Source of the DNA: Psammoneis japonica
Lineage: Eukaryota
NCBI GenBank assembly: GCA_008632985.1
Contig: QPGO01000069.1
Coordinates: 62,001-126,000 of the forward strand
Direction of reading: 5' to 3'
Length of the DNA stretch: 64,000 bases
How positions within the stretch are numbered: position 1 is the first letter of the stretch; every line of letters starts with the position of its first letter. Shown in pieces: positions 34,484 through 47,945 of this stretch. The notes beneath the pieces are model-generated. The model was given only the letters and a program-made list of their open reading frames with translations. It did no database searches and was not told the origin of the DNA. A program made the translations under genes and the position numbers.

Positions 34484-36082
34484 TTATCTCGTTGGAAGTT
34501 GCAACAAGACGGGTCCCAGAGCTAGAGCAATGGCCGTTGCCGTTGCGTATCCCAGAATTCCAATCAAGAGGGCCGGAAGAACGAGTCGCGGCCATTCTTT
34601 TGCTTGCGCCATTGCCGCCGCTGTCGTTGGACCGCCGACATTTGCATTCGATGCCAGGTACAAGTCACGGGGGTCTAGTCGAAGCAGCCCTCGTCCTAGT
34701 GTCATGAGGGTTGCAAAGTGAACTCCAATCTGCATTGCAGAAAATGCAAATAGTGATGGTGCTGATTTGATCACGAGCTTGATGGAACCAGCGGCACCGG
34801 ATGCCGCAAAGAACATTTGAATAAAAATGATACCCAAGGCTGTGCCAGCTGCTCGAATTCTAGAAAAGAATCGGGGAAAGGTTGTTGCTGATAGCACTGT
34901 AAGGATGGACGTCAGTGGGAGCGAGGAAGTCCCTGTTGGTAGAATGAGCTTGGTGAGAACGCCGCCTAACGTAACCAAACAAGACGCGACGGTGATAGAC
35001 GCCCCCAAGGTTGCCAACGAAATGGAGCTGGATCCCTCTGTTTCTGCGTCCAGGTCCTCGGGGTCGGTAGGCATGTCCTCTGACGCAGTGTCTGTCTTTT
35101 TGGAACCAAAATTGTAATCATCCTCGCCCGTCTTGGCAATCGAGAACAAAAAGGCAAAGTACAGAGCGACAACAATGTTGTCAGCTGCAATTGCAGCAGA
35201 TACAGCGCTCCCTGCCACATTGAGTGTATCTGCCACCGCAACAAAGTTGATAGCACCGCCTATGTGCCTTGCTGCAAGAGCACAAGCAACTCGCCAGCCA
35301 TCAGGACCCAAGGATTTCAACGGGATCAAGGGAAACGCAACGAGGGTACCCACAATTGTTGCTATTGCTCCAACAACGAAAGCAATTAGTAATGACCCGG
35401 TATCAGCAAAGATCCGTCGTAAATCAGAATCGAATAGGAGCATGGGAACAGCCAGTGGAACCAAGAACTTGTTCACCATCGAATCTGTTATGTGTGGAGT
35501 AGACGCGAGACGATGAGATTCACACCATGTAACAATGTGGAGGCGATTGCTAGCAAGAAATAGTCCAACTCACAGATTGGCGAAGAAAAAGGCATAAAAC
35601 CTAGATTGGCAACTGTCAAAGCAAGAGCCATAGTTGCGAGCGGCGCCTACTGAACCAGAAAGAAGGATGTAAGTTCCACATCTGTGGACGGCGAAAAACC
35701 TTGCCAGCAATACTACAGTAATACTCACTGAAAGGGCTTTTCCCAGAGTAGTGCGGCGTTCCAGAGCAACGCCAAATGTTGACGTTAGCAGCACACAACT
35801 CAGAACAAAGGTTGGGTCGCTGTGAAGAAAATCCCTTGCATTCACCACTGATGAAATCATGCTGGATCCAGTGGGAACAGCTTCGAGGGAGGTATTGGAT
35901 CGACCTTTTATTCTCGCGCTTTGAGAAACAGCATTGTTCATTGGAAAAATTGTGTTCATTTTCGTAAAGGGTAAGAGTGATGGCTTTAACCTCGGTGCGG
36001 TGGATACCACAAAACCATGCACCGGAAGCAACAGTTTCAGAAAGATGATGCCGACGCATCTTGTTTGAGACTTGAAACGCAT
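34484..36082 (-). CDS. DUF819 (YjcL-like) multi-pass membrane protein, probably plastid-targeted; introns 35647-35728 and 35485-35573
   Basis: GKALS|APLATM, LVPLAVPMLLFDSDL, HIGGAINFVAV and ASNANVGGPTTAAAMA. N-terminal signal ends VHGF. GT-AG introns restore the frame. Confidence 0.88.
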
Positions 36083-36454
36083 TCTAGTTTCTTCGGTTTC
36101 CTTCCAAATTGTGAAAACCTTCAAAGGACGATCGAGTGGCAACCAATGGAGGTATTAGATTGTTCCTCTCATGTGGATTGTGGCCTTTAAGCACGGTGGA
36201 AGCTGTCAAAGGCCGACAGCAAACGGCAGAAAAGATGAATGAGGGATGAGGGCAACGAAGAACGAAGATGCCGATGCCAATCGCGATCGCGCCCGCCCGG
36301 TGACACCACGTACAACAATCATGGTACGATTTCTACATACAGAGCATGTACTGCGCTTTGCTCGTGAGTGCGTGTCGAAATTTTTGCGGAAACAAACCAC
36401 AACACAGCGAAGCACGGCGTGTTCCTGTTTGTTCACTCTTCTTGTATTGGCATC

Positions 36455-36947
36455 ATGTTGTCCCGAGCATCGTCAACGCTGTTGCGTTCCTCAGCAGGAG
36501 GAATGCTTCGAATGAAAATGGCGTCTAGATTGCAGATGACGGCACAACGCACCATGGCTGCAGGAGGGTGAGTTTTGGGAATGTCCGAGAAAGCTAAAAA
36601 ATTCGCATTGAGAACCGCGATTTCTCACTCACTTTTTTCTTCACAGCATTTCGAGGCAAACCCATGCCAACCTTGGAACGGCGTTTGGCTTTGTTTGCTG
36701 GATGTGGATCTTTTATAGAGCACAGCATGACTTGCCGGTGGTGTTGGGATGGAGGCACCCGTGGGAGCACGGTCCCGACGAAGGTCATCTCGTTCCGGTT
36801 GCCAACGAGGAGGAGCTAAATGAGGAATGGGATAGCTTTTACAGCAAGTCCGTCAAGCCAGGCGAAGATGATGATGATGAGGAAGATGAGGACGAAGATG
36901 AGACGAAGAGGAAGAGGATGACGAGTAAAAACATTTCATCAGTTTAG
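36455..36947 (+). CDS. NDUFB2: Mitochondrial complex I subunit NDUFB2 (AGGG)-like; intron 36568-36646; acidic tail, end uncertain (probable indel ~36900)
   Basis: Mitochondrial presequence MLSRASSTLLRS. After splicing it reads CWMWIFYRAQHDLPVVLGWRHPWEH, matching the plant/algal NDUFB2 motif. Confidence 0.8.
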
Positions 36948-37411
36948 CGGTTCGCGGCGAACCGCTGGTGTGTCAAGGATGTTTGCAGCTCGGATAGTGT
37001 AGTGGTATCCCCAGATTACGTTGGGGATTCTGCAGAACCGCTCTCAGGTTTATTTGGTGTGGAGACTGCGTAGAAGATTGCTTGAGTGTGTTTCGCTCAG
37101 ATCGTAGATTTGTGAGAATTTTACTAGCTCTATTTTGGAAGTTTTGTACCATGGCGTTGATCCTTTTCTCCTACCGGTACTGTACCGGTAGGTTGTGCCA
37201 TAGATAAGAACAGGCATTGCAACGACCAACGAGCTACCGTAGAGCGGATGTGGGGGNNNGGGGGGGGAGCCGAGACGTACTGTACCGACGATACAAATAG
37301 AGTGTAAAATTATGGGTCGGTCGGGCGGTCGACGGCAAGGCTCGCGACACACAAAATTTTGCCGCACTTACTGCGACCTGAGACCTGAGACTGCGACCGC
37401 TGCAATCGACA

Positions 37412-37939
37412 ATGGGATTTCTTCATCTCTTCATCGTGAACAAATCTGGTGGACTGATCCATCATCGACCCCTGGGTCCAAAGGCACCAAAAATTGGCAC
37501 CAACGAATGGTTACGGATTGGTTCAACGTTTCACTCCCTCCATGCAATTGCTGCTGAAGCGTCTCCGCTGAGAATGCCTGGAAACAAGAACAAGTACGGA
37601 GCTGACGATGGTATCGAAGTTATTGAAGCAGGTGGGCTTGTTCTGACGTGCTTTCAAACTAGAACAGGAGTCAAGTTCGTTATTACGTAAGTGCTCTCGG
37701 TTTCAAGATCTTTCTCATGCTTCCTGCGCGCTCATCTTCCAAATTTTCATTATTTCAGAGCCGAACCGGGCACTGCCGACATTGACTACGTTTTAAGAGA
37801 AATATATGTACTTTACGCCGATTGTGCACTGAAGGATCCCTTTTACGAATTAGAAATGCCGGTCCGCACAGAACTCTTCACACAAGCTGTTGACGCCTTG
37901 ATTGAACGGGTTGCGAAAGGTGGAAGTAGGGCACGGTAA
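37412..37939 (+). CDS. TRAPPC4: TRAPP complex subunit 4 (Trs23/synbindin); intron 37687-37758
   Basis: LFIVNKSGGLI, NEWLRIGSTFHSLHAI, CFQTRTGVKFV and IYVLYADCALKDPFYELEMPVR.ELF. Confidence 0.95.
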
Positions 37940-38372
37940 AAGGGGGCACTCTAGAGAGTAGAAAAGAGATTAGAGAGACAGTTATTTGGTGAACTTCTTC
38001 TGTGTAAAGCCGAATTAGCATTAGCCACAGCACTGACCCAATGGCAGCAACACTTTGGTCTATGATAGATAGAGGAAAAAGAAACTATGAGTGCAACGAA
38101 AGCTCATTGCCCATTCGTACGAAAAGTAGATTCAAGATGATTCTTTCAATTTTCTTTTCTATATTCGAGTTGGTAGCGCAGATGGATTGGTTCTAAATTG
38201 TTGTTGCGTTTCGGTCGTACCGGTAGGGCCTGGCCAACAAGTAAGGACAAAGCGACATGTTGTTGTTCTCAAGTTCGTTCGTTTCCAGTTCTCACACATT
38301 TCTAACGGTCGACAGAGTCTTCGTCATCGCCTGAGCTGCCCTGTCTCCCAAACCAATCAGAGATAGCAGAAG

Positions 38373-40906
38373 TCAGCTGCTCGGTTCGGATTTCGTGAAG
38401 ATCTTCCTTGGTGACTTTGCTCCAAGGTAGCCTTCAACAAAGCGAGAAAAGAAACTTTTGGATGGCGTTGTCGGGAGTTTCTCCGGTTTAGCCAGGGAGA
38501 CGCCGTTCTTTTGTGGTTCGTTGAACGCCAACGCAGACGCCGGATCGTCGCTTTCTTTGATTGCTTCGATATCATTCTTTAGTTTCTTTCGCGCAGCTTT
38601 TGCCAGTTTCTTGTTCTTTCGGGCAGCACGAATGCCCTCACGCACCCGTTCCATTGTAATGATGAAAGTGCGGTTAGGCACAGTAAAAGCGAGATAATGG
38701 TTTCCGAGAAAACGACCAGGGCGCAATACGGCACTCATCTGTGGGTGGAACCAAGTTCAACAACCGTCAGATATCAGGGCGACTTTGAATACTCCTTTGG
38801 TCGTCATGATTGGCAATCTACGAACAAGACTCACCTCAAATCGTAGAGCGCCGTCCTTGATATAGATAGATTTAAGGCGATTATCTTCTCCCATATCGAA
38901 CCCATCCTTGTCGCCAACTTTGAATTTTGAGTAAAGAGGAAAGTACGAATATATCGGCGCCGGGCGAGTTGGCACTGGAAGATCTAGCTTTTTACACAGA
39001 CTGACAATGCTGTGTAACAAGAGGGAGTCGAAAGAAAGAGCAGGTAACAGTTGAGAACCATGCGATTCGTGCGCATTCAACATACCAGATGGGGAAAAGG
39101 GACTCACTTGCGTTCCCATGCTTTGGGGCATTCAATAACAAGAGCTAGTTCAGGATCGACCAATCGAATGACTCTCCCATTTGCACGAGAGCCGATAGAA
39201 CACCGCACTTTGAATGCCTGTTCGATTGGAGGCAGATCTGGACTGGTGCGTACAAGGGTGCGGCCAGTAATAATCATTCGGTCACGCTTGTCAAATTCCA
39301 CCTTTTCCAATTTAGGAACATCCACAACTGGTGCGTGATCACTTGTCACTTTCCAATTACGACCATAAAACACAGCGCCATCAAGGAGATCGCGCAGTTG
39401 GAAAAAGACGCGTCGGCGAAGAACTCGGGCCACCAGACGACGTAGACCAGCATCCAATAAGAAAGACTCCATAACATCATTCGCGTCAAAGGATCCCGAC
39501 AAAGTTGCCGTGAATGGTTCGAGAATTAGTGGCCCGCCCGGAGTAATCTGTAAGGATAACGTTAGGATAATAGTCAGCCAAGACGAACACAGGTACGAGA
39601 CAGTCGCAGCAAATTGTTTGCCCGAACTTACAGTCTTCACTAGTGGTACCGCCCCAAACAGTAGGCGCCGAAGATCTAATTTCAGATCCGAAAGCACAAT
39701 GGAGCCTTCTCCTTTAGCCATCGAATCCATCAAGACAGGATCATCAGGAAGTTCCTTGATAACCTCTCCAGCTTTCGAGCTTGTCATGTTTGTCGGGGCG
39801 GCAGAACTCGTGTCTCCAAAGCCGAAAGGTTTCATTGCGCTTTTCATCATTCCTCTCCAACCTTTGTTTGCAGCTTTTTCCTCTTCTGCTTGCTGCTCTC
39901 GTAGCTTCTGCTCTTTTCGAAGCACAGCCATATCTTCCACCATGCTCTGGTACTCCCCGCGATCTACAACGCCATCTCCATTGAAATCGTAAATCGCTAA
40001 GAGCTGGGAAGCCAATCCTGACAGCACATCCTTGTTCACCTCGGTAGACGCCGTTGCTTCAAGAGCCTCAGAAAGTTCCTCTTGATCCAGAGCACCGCTT
40101 TTGTCAACGTCAATTCGTTCAAAAGCTTCATCAGGGCAGCACACCGCTGCCAACAGTTTTTCATCAGAGTTCAAGGAAGACCCCAGCTTTCGTAAGGCCT
40201 TGTTCAGTCCACTTATCCTCAGAGGCTTGAAGCCCAGTCGTGAGAATTGAATACGAACTTCCTCTACCTTCTTTTCTCGCAGTGGGGTCTTTTTCACGGT
40301 CTCCACTTCCACGTCAAGGCCCTCTGCCTCTTCGGCCAGGGCGTGAATCAAACCTGAAATCGTCCGCGCCGCGTAGTTATTTCCGGCATCCGTAATAGCT
40401 GAATCCGAGGCAATCGACTTTGCTTTGGTAAGCAGGGATGATAGTTGGCTTGACGTTTCTCTCCGAATCCCTTCCTGAATACTTCTCGCATGCCGATGTT
40501 CCCAGATTTCCTTGACGCTCTTTGATTCTTCGACTCCGTTCCGTTCTGGATACTCTGCAACGAAGAGTGGTTCATAACCCGTGGAGTTGTCCGATCGTTC
40601 CAGCTTTTGAATTTCCACCTCGACTTCCTCAGTGATGGCATCCTCTACTGTAGCTCGAAGCCTTCCGTTGGGACAGAAACCTCGATGTTTTCCTCTCACA
40701 TTTCGCATCAGAACGGTCGTCGAGAATGAGGGAGGTTGAAAAGGAGCAGCTGCTGGTAAAAGCGATGCTATTATAACATACTTCCAGACACGAGGTGCTT
40801 GCAAAACAGAGTCATACCAGGACAGGTGCCGGTCATGTCTAGGAGAGCGTCGTTTCCTCTTCCAATTGAGACTTTCAGGAGGATCAAGTCTTGATTCCTT
40901 TTTCAT
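38373..40906 (-). CDS. EF-hand-containing protein, probably plastid-targeted; introns 39548-39631, 39010-39107, 38739-38834; start uncertain
   Basis: Two canonical EF-hands (DVDKSGALDQEE, DFNGDGVVDRGE). Signal-like VIIASLLPAAAPF. Three GT-AG introns join the ORFs in frame. Confidence 0.8.
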
Positions 40907-41430
40907 TATCTCTTTTTCTTTTTCTCTTAACTAGATGGGCGTTTCTTCACGAATATTCGATTCAAGAGCTTCAGGCCTGACTCGGATAAACTTCTTTCTA
41001 TATATTCGCGATGCTGATGAGTTGTTGGCTTCGCGTCGATGGGATTGGTTGAGAAAGCTGAGTTAGCTGAGCGACACTTTTGCCGTGCGTATCTTCGAAG
41101 TTGAGCCAGGCGGGCGCTTCTTTCTATCTTCCCTCCAACATCTACGCAATTCCTGGTATATGTTCTACGTACAATAAGGACAGCGTCATCTCACGGCGAA
41201 GTTACTAAATGCTGATGACGTCAAAAAGAAGCTGACTCATCCATCATCATTCAACCGCAAAATTGCCCTCCAGTCTTAACAAAGGGCACCAAAAACTCAA
41301 CGCCGCGTGGAGCCGACAAGCTAACAGTAAGTTGCTTTCCCGCGCAAAAAGCCTGAAACTTCAACTTGCCGATCGATCGATGCTGTCGCGGCCATCATTC
41401 AGTTCATCTCTTTGACCGTTCATCTTCACC

Positions 41431-42330
41431 ATGAAGCTTTCGGCCGTCGTTTTTCTATCCTCCGTTGTGGCGTCCGCCACCGCCTTTGCTCCTCCTAAAC
41501 ATCAACAAAGAATGACATTCGCGACCGCATCCCGCACACCCTTACGCATGTCTGCCACGGAAGAGGACACGGCCGCACCGTCGGCTGCCGCAGAATCAGA
41601 CTTTGGATCTGCCATGCCCGCCGCAGGATCAGCGTATGAAAGAATGGGTATCACAGAAGACCAACTTGCGATTGGTATCGATCCAACCGATGTCCTTCAG
41701 TGGCTTGGAACGTGAGTTTTGTTTTTCAAGGGTTGATGTTCCGTGAATAGTCATGAATATTTACTCATGCCAATTTCTTTTTTAAATTCAACAGTCGTAG
41801 CGAGATTGTCGACAAGTTTCTTCGGGATAACAAGAACTTTGATCAAGCGCGTGCCGAGTCGGAAGTCGACAAGTTTCTATTGGACGGAGAAATGTTGACG
41901 GCGTGGATCAACTATGAACGGAAAAAGGCCACAAACCCTGTGGATCTCAAGCAGGAGGCAATTGATAACTTTTCGGATCCAAGGACAATCTTGACATATG
42001 TCGCCTGGATTGCAGGTGGTGTTGGATTCTCTATTGTTAGGCAGAATTATGTTGAACCAAAGTTTGCATCTGGGTAAGTGTTCTACACTCGCAGATTTGA
42101 CGACAGCCTCAAATCAACATGACCCCGGGAAGTACGATCCATAATCCATAGGTACTCACGAATTATGTTTCCTGTTGTGACACTATAGCGAGTGGGAGCC
42201 GATACATGTCAACATTGATGGCTTGTTTGGAAAGGGAGCCGAAACTGCTGCTGATGCTGTGGATGCTGCAACTAGTTCCATTGCCGAAACTGCTGCGGAT
42301 GCCGTGGATGCTGCTTCGAGTTCCCTGTAA
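41431..42330 (+). CDS. Plastid-targeted hypothetical membrane protein; introns 41712-41794 and 42074-42188
   Basis: Bipartite presequence MKLSAVVFLSSVVASATA|FAP, one TM helix and a C-terminal duplicated AETAADAVDAA. Introns are canonical. Confidence 0.85.
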
Positions 42331-42780
42331 GGACTTTAACAGAAGCTTTCATCTTTGATTGATCATTCTATGACAAACAAGATACAACCTGGTACAATTA
42401 GAAGGACAACGAACGTATCAACATCTCAGAGGCTCCAACCGTAGTTTGTAGTACAGTACGGGTTCATAAAGCTGAAAGCCACTTCTCGGCATGTTTCGTC
42501 TTCGCTGTTCACTTAGTGTCCCCAGTTGCCTTTGTCGGTAGTTTTGAAGTGACAAAAGACTTTCTTCTTGCGTCAGATCTACTCTCTATACCGGTAGATA
42601 GAAGTGCCGGTAGCCTCTAGCTAGAGTTAGCGCCAAGTTTGGCCCCGATTTTTAACTTTTCAGATTGGACCACAGATTGGCCACCAAAAAAGAAAAAGAA
42701 ACCCGGAAACTCGAGCCTCCAGGTGGAGCAAAATCCTTCAGCAGGTTGTGATGTGCCGCTTGCACAAAAGCTCTTTTACC

Positions 42781-43826
42781 ATGATGGCATCCATTCGTCG
42801 CTTTGTGGGCCTTGTCGCCTTTTGGGGAGTCACATGTGTTGTCGTTGATGTGTTACCAGTAAATGCATTTTCAGCGGCGTCTTCTCCTCTGTTTGGGAAA
42901 CCGAACCTGGTCATCAAGAATCATGTCCGTCACATTTCACCATTCCACAAGGCCGCGACGCGCAATTCACCGCTATCTTCACCTCAATTGCAAGCAATTC
43001 TCGGAGAAGACGATCGTGAAAAAAGGCTCAATCTGCTAAGAAAGTTCTCGCCGAATCGAATGTCTCGGATTGTTGGGAAGCGAGTAGCCGTATGGAAGAA
43101 ACAGTTTCGTCGCCTGATGGCTCTGTTGTTGACTGTGTCGTTGTGTTGGTTTAGTACTGCGAGAGTGAACACGTTGCCTTCTCATGCATCGACATCTTCT
43201 CCACAAGCAACCGGCACGGTTCGTATGGCTTCCACTGGAAGGACGGCATCGTTGGACCAAATGGTGGATCGCTACGTGAAGGATCACATGTTTGATGAAG
43301 ATGTGTATGATCCAGTCGAGTCTACCTACCGAGAGGTTCATCATGATGTAACATCAGGACAGTATCCTCATGCCCTGCAGGAGGTCAATGAGGGTATTCT
43401 TGGAAAGAAACTAGCGGGAGAACTCTCGGGCAAATCGGATCAGAAAGGAGGAGCCTTGCTGTCGCTGATGCAAAAGGGCTCGTTGGTGTTTCAACGATTC
43501 GGAGTGTCTCAGGCATTGTCCTTGGCCTTGACTGCGTTTGCATCATTGGCTTTTCTCTTTTCCTCTTTATCATATATTGGAATCACATACAGTAGGCTTC
43601 AAAAACGTAGTGTTGACAAGATAAACAGAAAGCGATACGGAGACGACTACAGGTACGTAAAACCAGCTCGTGCACGGTGCCGTCTTTTGTCAATCATGTA
43701 CTCACAACGTTGCTTCGTTGGCGTAGCGTATCGGCGATAGAGCGGGTAGAGGAGGATATCGAGGCTCCAGATGATGAGGAGGATGAAGATGATGACGATG
43801 AGGATCTTGACGACGATGAGGAATAG
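42781..43826 (+). CDS. Hypothetical plastid-targeted membrane protein with acidic C-terminus; intron 43653-43726
   Basis: Signal peptide ending VNA|FS, hydrophobic helices, and a spliced D/E-rich tail ending TAG at 43824-43826. Confidence 0.7.
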
Positions 43827-43872
43827 TTTGTATAAAGCTAGAGCTACTACTTGTGACCATGCGTCTGACAGC

Positions 43873-45176
43873 TTAAAGCCCAGCTGCTTTTTGCAAATTG
43901 TCCATCATGGTTTGCACCTCTTCTGGTGTATTCTTTGTGAAAGAACCTTCCGACATGAATGGTCCAGCAATGTGTTTCTTTTGTGGTTTTCTATCCAGGT
44001 AAAACGCTCCACCTTCCAAGTTCTTGCTTTCAGTTGCCATGAGCCACGCGATACCTTCTGCGCCCTGCCACGGCTCACGCATGGGTTCAAGATACTTTTT
44101 GAACCCTTCTAGCGAGGAATCCACCCCGGGTGTGCCGGTCCATCCAGGATGGCATGACACCCAAGTAGGGCTCCGGGAAACTTTTTCGTCCACTCTTCAG
44201 CCAACAGAACCTAAAGAAGCGAGAACGAGGTTAGGGATTTTGTTTCACACCGTGGCTCTTTCCCACGACAGCGACGACGACGATGGCGACACTGTCGTAC
44301 GACTCACCTGTCCTCTCTTTGCATACGCGTACGCAAATTGACCATCATACTTCTTTGTGCTGTCCTTCGCGCTAGTGGCGATACTCCATTCAGGGAAATT
44401 TGACAAATACATGCCGCCCGAGGAAATGAAAATAACCCTCGATTCAGAACCAGCTGCTTTGAGCTGAGGCATGAGCAACTGCGGAAGAAGATACGATCCT
44501 CCCAACAAATGGCTGCTGAACGTAATCTCATTCCCCTCACTTGTCTCTGTGCGTTCGTTCAAAAGAGCACCCGCATTGCAAACCAAACAGTCCACCTTCT
44601 CTTCCATTGACTGAAGTTCTTCGGCCGCTTTTCGCACCTGTGCCAATTCACCCGTGTCGACCAAAACTACTTTAACCTTGTCATTGGACGTCAATTTTGC
44701 AATTTCATCTCGTGCTGTTTCTGCACGTCCCTTGGAACGACAAAGCATGTAGACATTGGCTCCTTTTGCTGCCGCGTATGTTGCCAACTCTTTACCGATT
44801 CCCGAATTCGCGCTGCAAATAATGAACAGAGCGTGAGTCGTCGCCCAAAGCAATAAATCGCAGAGAGGGCTGTCAGGCAAAGCCAACTTCCAACTCACCC
44901 GGTGATTACCACCACTTTCCCGTCCATATCTACCCCGTCTGCACCTTCGGCACCACGAAGGATTGACGGACTCGTTTGAAATGGCGTGTTATATGACTTT
45001 ACATGCTTGAGGTAACCCGTCTTTGTAAAGTTTTTCTTCCCGTAAACAAACCACTGAAAAGCAGAAGGAGAAAGACACAAAAGGTAAATTAGCTCGAATC
45101 TTGCCAAATCAGCAAATCGTCAAGGCAGAACCAGAGGCCGCGCCCTTACCTGTGCTGTTGAGATACCCTGACCCAT
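43873..45176 (-). CDS. Short-chain dehydrogenase/reductase (DHRS12-like); introns 45054-45149, 44813-44898, 44212-44307; apparent frameshift ~44172
   Basis: VVVITG|ANSGIG, LVCNAG, FISSGGMY, YAYAKRGQ and SCHPGWTGTPGV. Confidence 0.88.
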
Positions 45177-45609
45177 GGTTTTTCTGAACAAAGACAAAAA
45201 CGAAAGCGACGCCGAAACTTGGAAATAGAACGCAACAAAAAACAGCAAGACAGCAACAACGCCGTTTCTCATGAAAATGACAAGACAAACACAATCAGAA
45301 TCGTTTCTGGCAAGGATGTTCGAGAGAGTTCTCGCTCTGTCTGCTGTGTCAACAAGCGCAGTCGTTTCAACACGTGAAAAACCATCACGGCACTGACGTG
45401 TTGCGGACAATTGGTGGCTTCTCAGTCGTGGATCAGACTCCCTCAACACGACTGAACGGACATGAAACACCCATCGAAAAAGACACACAGGTTTGAGGTT
45501 GAAGATCGGATCGTGATAATCGCGACGAGCAAGAGCAACGAGCAACGACCTTTCACAAAACACCGTCTCGAAGCAAAACAGCATCTCGCAACCAGCTGTA
45601 GATAATGAA

Positions 45610-46530
45610 ATGAGGATCCGAAGACTTCTTGCATCGATAAGCATAGTCCCGTTGACGGGAAGCTTGATAATTTTGTTCGGGAGCTCTTTCGTATTGTCTT
45701 TCTCACCAAACGGGAAATCGTGCATAAGACGACAGAAAAGCATGCAAGTGCGGGGTCAATCAACGACGGATGATGTAATAGTAGTGGCTTTGACGAGGGA
45801 AGATGGAAAGAATGACAAGCTTTATGATGCTTTGTCATCAAATACAAGATTGACAAAAGATGTTCAGTTGGAGGAATTGCCATGCATTGCCCACGCGAAC
45901 GGAAAGGATATTGGACAACTTGGTAATGTGTTGGGACGCGACGAGTCTTGGGACTATGTTGTCGTGACTTCCCCCGAGGCGGCTCGTGTATTGGCGAGTC
46001 AGTGGGATAGCGTGAAAGAATCGCCACCTGACGTGGCTGCGGTTGGAAAAGCAACACAAGCTACATTGGAGAAATTTGGAATTCCAGTGAAATTCTGCCC
46101 AAGCAAGGCCACAGCAAAGACTTTGGTAAAGGAATTACCAGCCAAGGGTGATCAAACTTCAGTTCTCTATCCAGCTTCCGCCAAAGCAGCTATAACGCTG
46201 CAAGATGGATTGTCTGAACGAGGGTTTGAAGTAACTCGACTTGATACATACGACACGGTCACATCGACCTGGACGTCGGAACAAAAAGATGTCGCAAGTC
46301 GTGTTCGTGTTGCATGTTTTGGGAGTCCATCTGCTATAGAAGGCTGGCTACAGAATTCTGGAGACAATAAAGATGTCTTTGCTGCCTGTATTGGCGAAAC
46401 TAGCGCGTCAGCATGCCGGAGGCACAAGTGGCCAGAAGATCGCATATTTTATCCCGACAAACCAGGTGTTCCTGGCTGGGCCGATGCTGTCGCAAATGCG
46501 CTTGAAGGCATTCGAGTCACACATGCATAA
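45610..46530 (+). CDS. hemD: Uroporphyrinogen-III synthase
   Basis: VALTREDGKNDKL, YVVVTSPEAA, AAVGKAT, PSKATAKTL, VLYPASAKA, RLDTYDT, FGSPSA and ACIGETSA. Confidence 0.93.
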   Translation: MRIRRLLASISIVPLTGSLIILFGSSFVLSFSPNGKSCIRRQKSMQVRGQSTTDDVIVVALTREDGKNDKLYDALSSNTRLTKDVQLEELPCIAHANGKDIGQLGNVLGRDESWDYVVVTSPEAARVLASQWDSVKESPPDVAAVGKATQATLEKFGIPVKFCPSKATAKTLVKELPAKGDQTSVLYPASAKAAITLQDGLSERGFEVTRLDTYDTVTSTWTSEQKDVASRVRVACFGSPSAIEGWLQNSGDNKDVFAACIGETSASACRRHKWPEDRIFYPDKPGVPGWADAVANALEGIRVTHA

Positions 46531-47081
46531 ACTAGGATTTCGTGAAATAGAGAGACTCTCCGGTGACTTGACAAGGCAGGTCAGATTGCATCGAGCCACA
46601 CTGGTGCAAACTCAACCAGTCGCATTACTGTATCTCTTTCGTGAAGAAGAGTCCATATCTCCAGGCACTTCCTACCTCCTAACCATCGTATGCATTCTCT
46701 CACAGGCCTCCCGTGTTGGGAGCGGCATTCTCTTCGTCTGCTCCTGCTCTTGCAATGTTTTGTGTTTGGAAGTTGTTATGGTATCACACTTTAGGCATGT
46801 GTGCCTTCAATTTTTCCGATTTGCCCATAATTTCTCCAGATTTCATCAAAATTCCAGATTTCCTCCAGATTTGTTGGATTTCCTCAAAGATACTGGATGG
46901 ATTTTGGATTTGCTGTTGAGTACAGTGTTGTTGTGCCCTGTCGCAGTTTGACGATGATGGTGGGTTGTCGTTGCTGGGCTCAACACCGAATGTACCTTTG
47001 AACACAGTGAATATCTGAGAATTGTACTACGGGGGAGCGAACAGTTTGAGTGTAACGTCCCGGAATAGTAGATCGAGCAAA

Positions 47082-47945
47082 ATGTCGTCCCCCCATGTGA
47101 GAAGGTTTGCCATGTTGGTTGGCGGCGGCGGTGTTTACGCAGCATCCGTTCTACTAGGATATTATTATCTTACCGCTGGTCAATCAGACCAAGAAGAAAC
47201 ATCCGAACGGCTGAAACAGGATAAAGGCTTTTCTTATGTAAATGATCCACAACGAGTGCAGAGATTTCAAGAGATTGCTGACGCCTACGATACTCAAATT
47301 GGTCGAGATGAATTCTTTATGGGAATCAATTGGCTGAGACGAGCTCTTTTGTATTTTCATGCCAAAGGGGATGTCTTGGAGGTGGGAGCTGGAACGGGGC
47401 GTAATCTCAAGTACTACCCGTCTGCGGTGAATCGGGTGGTGCTGAGTGACTCGTCAGATCAAATGCTCATGCAGGCGAAACAGAAACTAAAGGCCATGCC
47501 TCCTTCTGATCGCCGGAGATTTGCATGCTTACAAAGTGATGCGCTCAAATTGGATTTTCCAGAGAGTTGTTTTGACACAGTAGTTGATACCTTTGGCCTT
47601 TGTAGCTATGACGATCCTGTTTTGGTTCTCAAGGAAATGGCACGGGTTTGCAAGCCTGACGGGAAGATACTTTTGCTTGAGCACGGACGCTCTAAATCAT
47701 GGGAGGGTCTGAGCAGGTACTTGGACAACAATTCAGAACGACATGCCAAGAATTGGGGATGCGTTTGGAATAGAGACTTGGATAAAATTTTGGCAGAAGC
47801 AGAACTAGATTTGGATCGAGTTGACACCTGGCACTTTGGAACTACCTATTACGTCGTTTGTGGACCTGGCAAAGAACAAGCTAATGCGCAGAAACGGGTT
47901 TTGGCGACTACTATGTTTGGAAGCACGTTTCCATGGAAGCTGTAG
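47082..47945 (+). CDS. Class I SAM-dependent methyltransferase (Methyltransf_11; OMS1-like)
   Basis: VLEVGAGTGRN, FDTVVDTFGLCS, RVCKPDGKILLLEHG and WGCVWNRD, with an N-terminal TM anchor. Confidence 0.88.
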   Translation: MSSPHVRRFAMLVGGGGVYAASVLLGYYYLTAGQSDQEETSERLKQDKGFSYVNDPQRVQRFQEIADAYDTQIGRDEFFMGINWLRRALLYFHAKGDVLEVGAGTGRNLKYYPSAVNRVVLSDSSDQMLMQAKQKLKAMPPSDRRRFACLQSDALKLDFPESCFDTVVDTFGLCSYDDPVLVLKEMARVCKPDGKILLLEHGRSKSWEGLSRYLDNNSERHAKNWGCVWNRDLDKILAEAELDLDRVDTWHFGTTYYVVCGPGKEQANAQKRVLATTMFGSTFPWKL